From NCBI RefSeq assembly GCF_001194135.2, contig NC_068997.1, positions 4,821,029 through 4,885,028 of the forward strand: a stretch of 64,000 bases of DNA. Direction: 5' to 3'. The position numbers and the translations under genes were made by a program. The number at the start of each line of letters is the position of its first letter. The stretch's first letter is position 1. The DNA is from Octopus bimaculoides (Eukaryota). Shown here piece by piece: positions 37,804-46,376 of the stretch. A model generated the notes under the pieces. The model was not told where the DNA came from and did not search any database. It was given only the letters and a program-made list of their open reading frames with translations.

Positions 37804-40800
37804 GCAGCTTGCTCTATGGTGCTCTTTCTTCTGTATTAAACTCTAAATGATATTATAATTAAATTCAGCTTTGTTAGAGTTCATAAGTATTTAATCACAA
37901 TCCTGTTTACTTTGTTTCAGTATGTTTTTGGTTCATTTGTATCCCGTGACGCTGCCTACAACTTAATGCAAGATCTCTTTGACCGTTATCAGGAACTGGT
38001 ACGTTTTACATTTTGCATGGAAGATGGATATCAAATGACAATGGTCATGATAGATAATGTATGTTGGAGTGCATCATCCTCTTTAATGTCAGTTGGTGAA
38101 AGTGATGGACAGTCCTTCCTGTTGCTAACCTTTGCCTCTTTTTTCAAGTTAGGAATCTCTTATTTCACCTCTTCAAAGGAGTAAAGCAAGTAGACGTTTT
38201 TGTTGGCAGGGTAAATGACAACTGTGGACAAACTTACATAGTCTGCAAGTGTAAACATACATACAGACTTGTGCACAACCACATACACATGTACACACAT
38301 ACACACAAAACCATACACATATATGCACATGTGTGTGTGTGTGTGTGTGTAAGTTTGTAAGCCTACAATCACAGTTTTAGAACTATGGTATTAACCATGC
38401 CAAAGTCTTGAAGTCAGCACTATAAGCTAACAAAGAAAACATTAATATTTACGGTATGTAAAGCAGCAAGCTGGTAGAATCATTATCACACTGGGCAAAA
38501 TGCTTAATGGTGTTTCCTCAATCTCTAAATTCTGAGTTCAAATTCCACCAAGATCGACTGCCTCTCATCCTTTTGGGGGTCAACGAAAAAGTACCAGTTG
38601 AGCACTGGGGTTGATGTAGCCCTTCCCTCAAAATTTAAAATCAATATCTACAGTATGTCTATTGTTTACAGTAATAAACTGTAAACTATGCACCTCTCAT
38701 GATTCCTGTTGATAGCTTGGTGGATTGTATCAGCCAGAGTTTAATTGTGTAGACACCTTACCCACAGGATCCAGTTTGAGTCTCTCTAATTGACCTTTTA
38801 TTTTTCTTTTGCAGTCTGGAGATTCTTTTGCTGAGGAATCTGGGATTTCAGCAAAGTTTAATGTAAGTAAAGATTCACAGTTTTGTTGTTGTGGTGGTGG
38901 TGGTGGCAGCGGCGGCACTGCTACTGTTGTTGTTTTATTTGTTTTTAGTCCCAGGTCAACTTTGATTAGACAAGACTTCTGATTGAAAGTGTTTTAGCTG
39001 CCGCCATCCCAACTTTGTGTATAAGGGACTACATTGCCTTGTATATTCTTCTTTATGTATGACAGAAGTGTATGATTTAAAGATTTGACTGCTATTTCTT
39101 GTAGCCAGTGACCACTTAGAGCTCTCCCACATTACCATGTCATTGAATGTGATTATGATGATGGTAATAGTGGCAATAGTAGGGTAGTGGTGGTGGTATT
39201 ATGATGGTTGTTATGATGGTTGTAGTAGTGCTACTGCTTGTGGTGCTAGTATTGATTTGTTTGCTTTTTTTTTTTTCTTCCTTACTTTTCTTTCAGGAAT
39301 CTGGAGTAGCAGCTTTGGCAAAGTCAACGTTGTCGATGCCACTGAGTAAAAACAACCTTTCTGGAGCCATCATTCATCCATTGATACCTAAGAGGAAAAG
39401 CCATTCAGAATCTAGTGTATTTTGTTCGGATTACAGTGGTGTCGCCGAAACAACAGATTCTGAAGATAACAAACTTTGCCAACCTGGAAAAACGAAAACT
39501 TACAAGCGAACTCCAGTGAAGGCAACAATACCTTGTGTGAAAACCCAGTTTACAAGTTCGACACCCACTAAACCTCAAGTATCGCAGAAACCCTCATCTG
39601 TTGGGTCCAGCCATTCCAAAAAGCCTGTTACTGTCCATAATAGCTGGTTCATCATGCCTTATTTGTCACAGTGTATGTACCTCTTTATTTGTCATGACAG
39701 ACAGAGGTGTATGAACCTCCTGTCTGTCATTCTGCATTTATCACCTCTATATGTCACAGTATATGTACCTCTTCTATCTCTCTCAGTGTATGTACCTCTT
39801 CTATCTCTCTCAGTGTATGTACCACTTCTGTATGTCACAGTATGTACCTCCCCTGTACGTCACAGTGTATGTACCTTTATATGTCACTGTGTATGTACTA
39901 CCTCTATCTGTTACGGTGTATGTACCACTTCTATCTGTCAGAGTGTATGTACTTCATACTTCTATATGTTACATATATGATGTTAGGATACATTAAACAG
40001 ACAATACTGCACATTTATATATAAGGAAATGTTGTTTTATATAAACAGCACAGTCTTACATATTAACAAACATTGTAATTTATCATAGGCCAGCAGAGGT
40101 TCTATAAGAAATTAATATATCCCATTTGTTATCCATTCAGGTTTCAACTGTCAACAGACATATGAATCTATATGCCAGTTAGCCCTCAAGTTACTACGGT
40201 AAGTCAAAATAATGGCTTTCAATTTCTCTCCCTCTAACATTTATTTTTTGCAATTTTATTAAAATTCATTGATCTTTATCAGTACACTCTGTATATCATT
40301 TGTATTTAACAGTATCACAAAAAAACCACTAGCTGTGCACATGTGTATGTATTTATATGTAGTGGTGGTGGTGGTAGTCCGCTATTGTTTTACTTACTCT
40401 TTCTTTGTCAAAGCTACCAAACGTCAAGATTGGCTGCACTAAATAGTACTTATAACATTGTAGTTATACACTCTAACTTATTATACAGGACTTATAGTCT
40501 GTCTAACACACTATATGCACATACACGTACATATAGTACTGTAGTAGCATAGTAATACACTATATAGTACTTATATGTATCGTAGTAATGGTAATACACT
40601 ATGTATCACCTATAATACTGTAATCACACTCTAAGGCATCATTTAGTAAACAATAATGCTGTATATAACACCTACATGTAATCATAGTGATGCTTATACA
40701 CTGTACATCACATATAGTATTGTAGTAGCATTCTATTACATCATCTATAGTACTATTGTAGTGACACAACAGTATACAGTATAGTACTGATATTCTAATG

Positions 40801-43800
40801 CACAATATACAACTACCATAATATTCACCACATACTAAACGGTCTAACTCCAAATAGTTTTGTTTTTTTTTCCCCTCTCATCCTACTCTTCTCTAACATC
40901 TGTCAACTGATTTCAGGTTACCAAAGGCACACATGGTACTAGCAATATGTGCAGCTATGTAAGTATTACCATTTCTCAATAGAATCTACTGCTTTATTTG
41001 TTGTTGTTGTTTGAGAGCTCCACCCCACCAGGGGAACCCAGATCCAACAGACATATCTAGGATCATCCTGTCTTTTATTCAGTCATAGTGTATGTAGGAC
41101 TACATCATATGATGTGTCTGTAAGACAGTAGCAGGTGTAATTTGAGGAAGGGATATTTGGCTGCTATTTCTAGCAGGTTGAGTAATGACCATGCAGAAGT
41201 TCCTTTTGCAGATCATTGTTGATGTTGCAGTCACTATAGTCTCCAACAACTGTTGCTGTCTCTGCCAGTTGGCAGAAACAGTTATGCTTCAGTTATATTA
41301 AGGCGGTGAGCTGGCAGAAGCGTTAGCATGCTGGGCGAAATGCTTAGCGGTATTTTGTCTGTCTTTATGTTCTGAGTTCAAATTCTGCTGAGGTCGACTT
41401 TGCCTTTCATCCTTTACACACTGGGATCGATGTAATCAACTTAATCCCTTTGTCTGTCCTTGTTTGTCCCCTCTATGTTTAGCCCCTTGTGAGCAATAAA
41501 GAAATAAGAAACAGTTATGCTTCAGGAAGCCTCTTTCTGGAATTTTAATTCATTCCTCTGTGATCTGAATTCAAATCCTGTTTTGATAAAATTTGCCCTT
41601 CACTCTACCTGGGGTCAATGGTATTTACTAATCCCCCTTTCTCAAATTTGCTAGCCTTGTACCTAAATCAGAAATCACTATAATAATAATAATAATAATA
41701 AGAGCACCCAGAGAGCACAAACCTCTGCCAAAGCAACACCAGCGTCCTCTCAACAGAGATTATTTTTAAAATGAGAATATCTGAAATAAACTCGACTGCT
41801 CTCACAAACGAGAATACTGAAAATGAACCTGACCGCTGTCAAAAATTAAGTAAAAAAACAAGAAATATAATCCAGAATCCTTGCCCAGTACCAGATCGAT
41901 CCCAAAATTTAATAAGTTTGTGCTGGTCATGAGGCCAAGCATCCCTGAAAGTTTCATCCGAATCCATCCAGTGGTTCTTGAGATATCTTGTCCACAGACA
42001 AACAAACAAATATGACCGAAAACAATACCTCCGCCTTCGCTAAGGCAGAGGTAATAATAGGGCAGAGCATAACCAAAAATTGCTCTTTTGGGGACAGCTA
42101 GGATTTTGAGATTGGTGCTTGGATGTTGAGTGTCTTCCAGGATACCCAGCACCTAAATACCAAGTTTTATAATTTGTGGATAGAGACCCTGTGAGACCTT
42201 TGACAACAGGATGCTGTCTACTCTCACAAAATTAACCAGAGCAAGTAAGAGCAAGATCTTTGAGAAATAAAATATAATGATGATAATCCTTTCTACTATA
42301 GTCTCAATGCCTGAAATTTTGGGGGATAAAGTAAGTCATTTATATAAACCCCAGTGCTAAACTGGTATTTATTTTTTCTTTTGTAAAGAGCTGGCAGAAA
42401 TGCCTCGAAGCATTTTGTCTGACGCTCTAATGAGTCTACCATCTTACCACCTTAATAATAGAAATGGCTTCAAAATAAGGCACCACATTGAAATGTTGAG
42501 TCTAATTAGTATTTTGATGGGTGGCCACTTGGGAAATGTAGATGTTAGTGTGAGGTCAATGGATTGACTGAATCATTAGAGCATTGGACAACTGCCTTGC
42601 AATATTACGTTTGGCTCTAAGATGGTAAGTTGGCAGAATCATTAGCACACCAGGCAAAATGTTTAGTGGCATTTCATCTGTCTTTACGTTCTGAGTTCAA
42701 ATTCTGCCAAGGCCGACTTAATCCTTTCAGGATCAATGTAACTGACTTACCCACTTCCCTGAAAGTGCCAAAATTTGAAATCAATATTTCTTCTGGCTCT
42801 TTATTCTGTGAGTTCAAACCCTACCAAGATTAACTTTGCCTTTTATCCCTCCTGGGTCAATAAAGCACCAATCCAATACTGGGATTTATTTAATTGACAA
42901 ATCCCCTCCCTCAAAATTGCTGGACATGTGCCTATATACATTCTGAGTTCAACTTCTGCCAAAGCCAACTTAGTCTTCCATCCTTTCAGGCTCAAAAAAA
43001 AACAAGTACCTGTTAAGCACTGGGGTCAATCTTATCGACTATCCTCCTCCTCCTCCTCCAAAATTTCAGACCTTGTGCCAAAAGTAGAAAGGATTATTAT
43101 TATTATTAAATCGAAAAAAAAAAAAATTCTTATTATCATTAAGAGTGATAATTATTATTGTAATCAGCTGGAAGGCAGCGAGCTGGCAGAATTGTTAGCA
43201 CACTGGACAAAATGCTTAGTGGTATTTCACCTGTCACTACATTCTGAGTTCAAATGCTGCCAAGGTCAAGTTTGCCTTTCCTTTTGAGATCAATGAAACT
43301 AGCACCATTTGAGCACTGGGACCACTGTAATTGACTAAACCCCTCTCACAAAATTTCAGGCCTTGTGCCTAAACTAGAAAGGATTATTATTGTCAGTTGG
43401 ATTGCAAAAATCAGTAGTGTCAATCAAAATGCCTTGTGGGATTTAGTAACATACTGAACTCAAATATCATTTAGGTCAAATTTGTATTTCATCTTACAGA
43501 AGTCAGTAGAATAAAATACCAGTGAAACACTTGCATTAATACAATTGACTGGTCCCTCCTCCTCTTTCCCCACCAAGTTTGTGGGTGCCACAGAGAGAGA
43601 GTGGTGACAAAAATATCTTACATATTTAGTCTTGTTTAATATTATTTTTTTGTATATGTTGTTTTTGTTTAGTCCCATATCAATTTTGATTAAAGTCAGC
43701 AGGTTGTGGTTTGAGAGGGATTCGGCTGCTATTTCTAGCAAGTCAATGCTTGGAGACCTTTGTTGTGATAACATAGATATTTTAATATGTGTGATATGTT

Positions 43801-45303
43801 ATTCTGTAGTTTTAAAAAGAAAAAGTAAAGACAAAACAGTCTGTGGGATCAGGGACAACCTGGATACACTTATCCAGTTATACCTCTCTTGTATTAAATA
43901 TTTTAAACTTCCATCTCATGACCAAAAATTTCTAAAACCTTCTTCTACCCAACTGACTACATTTTGGTGAATCTTTGACTCTGTTGAAATATCTCTAATC
44001 CAGTATTTTGTCTTTGTTTCTTCCAGTATGATATTCCTGCTGGTATCTGCCGTCACCCTCACATATAAGGTGCTGTTAATCCAGGCCAAACTTGATACTC
44101 TGCAGGTTTGGTCACCTGCCTTAAAAAACTTGTATAGGTAAACACTTTACACTTGTTTGTTATTCTTTCTCTTGTTAGTTTCATTCAGTCATTGGGCTGT
44201 GACCATACTTGGATATCACCTTCAAGAGGGGTTTTTTTATCAATTATATCAATATTTGTCCTTACTGTTTTTTTTTTTTTGTTTTTTTCCTTTGATCTCT
44301 TAGCTTTAATCTTTATCTCTCATGTTTCTGCAATAACCATGATGAAGCAGTTTCTGATTCCTCTTTCTCCTCTGTTCAGAAACCACTGCTCTTGCTTCCC
44401 TTTCTCTGTCCAAATACCAGCCATACAGGACATAGTAGTTCCACAATATCCCACCCTTACTAGTAGTACTACTGTACACTACAATCTTCATGTCTCACAA
44501 TTCCCTTAGCCTTTCAAATTTTAACCCCTTCCTTTCATGTTCCCTCTCCATGTTGTCTTCCTGAGGCACCTTGAATTCAACAATCAGCACTTTTTTTTTT
44601 GGTCACATTAGACCATGCTAATATACTCAGAGAATTGTTTCATTAAGGTAATATGGTTGGAGAGCACAAACACTTTCTTCAAATCCACTTTTACCTTTCA
44701 GTCATTTATGTCATGAAGACATCTAAGTGTGGCTTTCCTTTCTTTGTGTTCTTCTGCTCTCCTTTCTCACCCTCCTTATGGAAAAACAACAAGGTGCAAC
44801 TTGTCTTGATTCTCACTACATTGACACTGCTGCATTGTTGCTGCAGTACATCAAGGGTATGTCATCAGATATACCCTGTAACGGATTACTTTTATGCTCC
44901 AGTAATGTATACGCTTCACATCAGAGTACTTGTTGGACAACAAACACACGCATACAGATTATATACGATAAGCTTCTGTATAGTTTGCATCAACCAAATT
45001 CATTCACAAGATATTGATCAACTTGAAGTGATGTAAATTTTTAGGGTGTAGTTAGAGCAGGGAAGAAGGTAGTTATCCCAAGACTGGAGACTTAGGCCAA
45101 ACGTCTGCAATAGATTGGACCAGGGGATATTTAAAATAGGTGACAATAAGTCAACCACCCCAAAACAGGAACAGTCCCTTTGATGAACATCTACACAAGT
45201 TTCTGTCTACCAAATTTCACTCACTAAACTTAAGTAGACCTGAAGGTATGGTAGAAGATACATGTACAAAATGGTGTGTACTGAGATTGAACCCAGAACT
45301 CTT

Positions 45304-45345
<42 letters not shown>

Positions 45346-45488
45346 ACACACGATTTCTATACCTGCCTACTTGTCATTTCAGAGATAAAATACATTCAGA
45401 CATTTACATGATGCGAGCCCAGAGTCATAGTGCATTGGTCCAACAGCTACACCTCGTTTTAGAGGCTAATATACATGTATTGGAAGAA
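16863..45488 (+). CDS. GRAMD2B: GRAM domain-containing protein 2-like gene (GRAMD2A/B-type ER membrane-contact protein), 12 internal coding exons, 5' and 3' ends incomplete
   Basis: Exons 16863-17021, 17838-17877, 22915-23011, 29865-29968, 31061-31156, 37921-37998, 38815-38862, 39297-39672, 40141-40198, 40917-40958, 44027-44137 and 45383-45488 all have AG/GT ends and matching phases, giving one stop-free frame of about 438 codons. The GRAM domain reads KFHKLFKSVP..YSCAYQGDILLQGHLYIS..FCFYS..IEIPL..KEKTAFIIPNAI..YVFGSFVSRDAAY. A TM segment follows and there is no VASt domain. The A versus B paralogue cannot be decided. Confidence 0.9.
17838..17877 (+). CDS. GRAMD2B: GRAMD2-like exon (SSPVAGMKKYPGR)
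   Basis: ttttcttttcag acceptor, AGG|gtaagc donor, phase 2-0, 40 nt. Confidence 0.8.
18950..20200 (-). mobile_element. Highly degenerate Penelope-like element
   Basis: Minus-strand remnants VVY...Y*YGHTEQRL (GIY-YIG-like) and a terminal atgaaga-ttgc..gcaa-acgtgt hammerhead-like relic. No intact ORF. Confidence 0.35.
21664..21840 (-). mobile_element. Penelope-like terminal-repeat-type short element with hammerhead-like core
   Basis: Minus strand ctgttgaagagcgtagctcgaaacgtca within a CpG-rich insert flanked by (TA)n. Confidence 0.6.
22005..22165 (+). mobile_element. tRNA-derived SINE family B (copies also at about 2815-2965, 6590-6740, 8025-8150; minus strand at about 5750-5895, 26165-26310, 30630-30760)
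   Basis: ggctgtgtggtaa..aaccacatggttccaggttcagtcc..gggcaagtatcttctactatagcc..aagccttgtgagtggatttggtagacagaaa, ending in microsatellite. Confidence 0.85.
22915..23011 (+). CDS. GRAMD2B: GRAMD2-like exon, start of GRAM domain (EMLLHVPTVSKSKVAKFHKLFKSVPRSESLID)
   Basis: ttttccag acceptor, C|gtaagt donor, phase 0-1. KFHKLF is typical of GRAM starts. Confidence 0.92.
23930..24140. mobile_element. Interspersed repeat family D (also at about 1215-1320, 16550-16800, 38950-39130, 41010-41210, 43620-43760, 52560-52750, 62380-62550)
   Basis: Shared motifs agaaatagcagccaaatctccct, ggataatgt and tttgatcatagg..gacctggggctaaacaac. Class unknown. Confidence 0.65.
24651..26057 (-). mobile_element. Cluster of three RTE LINE 3' fragments in the same orientation
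   Basis: ORF 25787-26050 reads LRWICNVS..LHWYGHVLQM..GRGRPRKT. The 3' UTR block recurs at about 24651, 24836 and 25490. Confidence 0.88.
26471..27018 (-). mobile_element. Internally deleted mariner element (548 bp) with both TIRs and TA target-site duplication
   Basis: Left TIR ttgggtcttctcataaataatgcgg versus right TIR (reverse complement) ttggatcatcctataaataatgcgg, 21/25 identical. TA at 26469-70 and 27019-20. Residual coding sequence: ..GKVSKLGQWVPH.. and ..NAWPH..HPPYSLDIAPSDYHLF..W.. Confidence 0.92.
27025..27255 (+). mobile_element. SINE family A variant with alternative 3' tail (also at about 41300-41510)
   Basis: Same head and body, with tail atccctttgtctgtccttgtttgtc..caataaagaaataa. 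Confidence 0.8.
27620..27900 (-). mobile_element. tRNA-headed SINE of a third family (plus-strand copy at about 20623-20850)
   Basis: Head with gttgtgagttcgattcc / gtggtttcaattcc B-box-like sequence, ttgagcaagacactt and ctccagtccactca motifs. Confidence 0.6.
29865..29968 (+). CDS. GRAMD2B: GRAMD2-like exon, GRAM core (YSCAYQGDILLQGHLYISLGWFCFYSKIRGRGRH)
   Basis: ttcttacag acceptor, CAT|gtaagt donor, phase 1-0. Matches the GRAM motif xSCA..DILLQG.LYIS..FCF.S. Confidence 0.95.
31061..31156 (+). CDS. GRAMD2B: GRAMD2-like exon, GRAM (IEIPLDNVLCVTKEKTAFIIPNAIGVQTTTEK)
   Basis: tttctttcag acceptor, AAG|gtaaga donor, phase 0-0. Contains the KEKTA.IIPNAI motif. Confidence 0.95.
31393..31498. repeat. 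Ungapped 48-bp inverted repeat with 10-nt loop
   Basis: Arms 31393-31440 and 31451-31498, 43/48 Watson-Crick pairs plus 2 G-U. Confidence 0.92.
31500..31990 (-). mobile_element. RTE LINE 3' fragment
   Basis: VLKEKGLRGIKCSVQKRRLLVWSYDAY.. plus the shared 3' UTR (ccatgctggcatg..tttctacagctggatgccct). Confidence 0.8.
32540..34832 (+). mobile_element. Two stacked RTE-clade LINE 3' fragments with 3' UTR and (GAT)n tail
   Basis: YADDL (ctcttatatgctgatgat), GWRKFRELLPLL, RVKGRLYDACV..LHGSETWAL, MLCWMCNVS, LCWFGHVMRM and GRPRKTW motifs. The RT C-terminal block occurs twice (about 33040-33420 and 33461-33960). gatgatgatgat tail at about 34815. Confidence 0.9.
36765..37690. mobile_element. SINE family A cluster (3 plus copies, then 1 minus copy)
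   Basis: Plus copies start near 36765, 36980 and 37230; the minus copy spans about 37465-37690. Confidence 0.85.
37680..37801. repeat. Compound (ATT)n/(ACT)n microsatellite; many other (TA)n, (CA)n, (CT)n and (CAT)n tracts occur throughout
   Basis: Direct reading, for example (TA)n at 1-60, 22155-22235 and 62965-63040, and (CT)n at 61157-61196. Confidence 0.95.
37921..37998 (+). CDS. GRAMD2B: GRAMD2-like exon, GRAM end (YVFGSFVSRDAAYNLMQDLFDRYQEL)
   Basis: tttgtttcag acceptor, CTG|gtacgt donor, phase 0-0. Contains the F.SF.SRD.AY motif. Confidence 0.93.
38815..38862 (+). CDS. GRAMD2B: GRAMD2-like exon (SGDSFAEESGISAKFN)
   Basis: tttttcttttgcag acceptor, AAT|gtaagt donor, phase 0-0, 48 nt. 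Confidence 0.8.
39297..39672 (+). CDS. GRAMD2B: GRAMD2-like large linker exon (ESGVAALAK...FIMPYLSQ)
   Basis: ttttctttcag acceptor, open for 125 codons, CAGT|gtatgt phase-1 donor. The next exon is open only in phase 1. Confidence 0.85.
39660..39960 (+). repeat. Degenerate ~27-bp minisatellite built from the exon/intron boundary (tgtcacagtgtatgtacc)
   Basis: About 10 units. GTATGT at 39673, 39788, 39815, 39830, 39840, 39867, 39891, 39918 and 39945. Confidence 0.9.
40141..40198 (+). CDS. GRAMD2B: GRAMD2-like exon (CFNCQQTYESICQLALKLLR)
   Basis: ccattcag acceptor, CG|gtaagt donor, phase 1-2. The other two frames contain stops. Confidence 0.85.
40917..40958 (+). CDS. GRAMD2B: GRAMD2-like exon, first half of TM region (LPKAHMVLAICAAI)
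   Basis: tgatttcag acceptor, AT|gtaagt donor, phase 2-2, 42 nt. Confidence 0.85.
41699..42052 (+). mobile_element. Helentron/DINE-1-like non-autonomous element
   Basis: 5' sub-TIR acctctgcc (41721-41729), 3' hairpin acctccgcc-ttcgctaa-ggcagaggt (42027-42052), aagtttcat..atccagtggttcttgagatatc core, (acaa)n tract, inserted in (TAA)n. Confidence 0.7.
42060..42288 (+). mobile_element. R4/Dong-like extreme 3' fragment
   Basis: KIALLGTARILRLVLGC*, then a 3' UTR and an aatataatgatgataat tail. Confidence 0.7.
42285..43600. mobile_element. SINE family A cluster (about 4 plus-strand copies between minus-strand copies)
   Basis: Same diagnostic motifs in both orientations. Confidence 0.85.
44027..44137 (+). 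CDS. GRAMD2B: GRAMD2-like exon, TM helix and juxtamembrane region (MIFLLVSAVTLTYKVLLIQAKLDTLQVWSPALKNLY)
   Basis: tttcttccag acceptor, AG|gtaaac donor, phase 2-2. Hydrophobic stretch followed by an L.YKV..IQ.KL pattern as in GRAMD C-termini. Confidence 0.85.
45383..45488 (+). CDS. GRAMD2B: GRAMD2-like exon, coiled-coil-like tail (DKIHSDIYMMRAQSHSALVQQLHLVLEANIHVLEE)
   Basis: gtcatttcag acceptor, GAA|gtgagt donor, phase 2-0, open reading. Confidence 0.8.
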
Positions 45489-46376
45489 GTGAGTGTTTTA
45501 AACATACATTTTGTTGTTATTATTATTATTGTTGTTGTTGTTTGTGTTTGTTTTTTTCGGTGTTTAATCCTTAATATTGTTTGTTGAAGCCAAGCTTGAA
45601 ACTGGATTTGTTTTCCTTGTCCTGCCAATTTTACATATTTTGTTGAGTCATGTGACTGTTCAAATGATGTTTCCATCACTCATCTGTTGTGCCTATGGAC
45701 TGATTGGTTAATGTACATTCAAGATCAACCAATCAATGTATACTGCATATATGTATGCATGTAAGTGTGTGTGTATATAGTATGTATATATATATACTCT
45801 TATTCTTGCAAACAAGTCTACTATTGCCAGTAACAATTGTGTAAACAAAGAAAAACATGAAGCTTGCGATGTGATGTGTCTTACCTCAAACTACACATGC
45901 ATGTGTGCAAACAAAAGGACACAGTGCTAGGGAGGAAAAAATTCTTAAACTGACCACTACTTGTAATGGTGACAGTATCTTACAGTCAAGGCCTTTGGTA
46001 TTTCCTCGGAATCAGTGCATTATCCAACATATTTTTCAGTCTGCTAGTTATGAAGTCAAAAAGATGTCAGTTGGTCTTTGATACCAGTGTGGGGTAAAGA
46101 AAGAATTTGTAAAATATGTTCATCGATGTGAAGATAGCTAAGGAGTTTGTGACCATGTTCAGATGTGAGAGGTCATGAATATAACAGAATTATGGTAATT
46201 GTCTTAAGCAACTAGCTGATTTGGCTCCAATCAAATAAATACAGAAATATAATTCACTGCTAATTACGAAAAGGAAAACATTTGTTACAACCAGATTGAA
46301 ATTCAACAATAATTAAATTTGATTCATACTAAAATACATGTATAATCTTTATTACACATGTGTTGTGTTATATATA

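Noticed and set aside
39201-39296. 5' part of the 259-aa ORF as an N-terminal signal/TM segment
   Set aside because: It is intronic (GGT/GAT)n and polypyrimidine sequence upstream of the 39297 acceptor.
41802-42152. 116-aa minus-strand ORF
   Set aside because: Antisense reading across a non-coding Helentron-type element and a Dong fragment.
44702-45017. Alternative exon candidates between 44137 and 45383
   Set aside because: The acceptor at 44702 gives a stop after 8 codons, the downstream ORF looks like decayed GIY-YIG/repeat sequence, and 45383 continues the frame cleanly.
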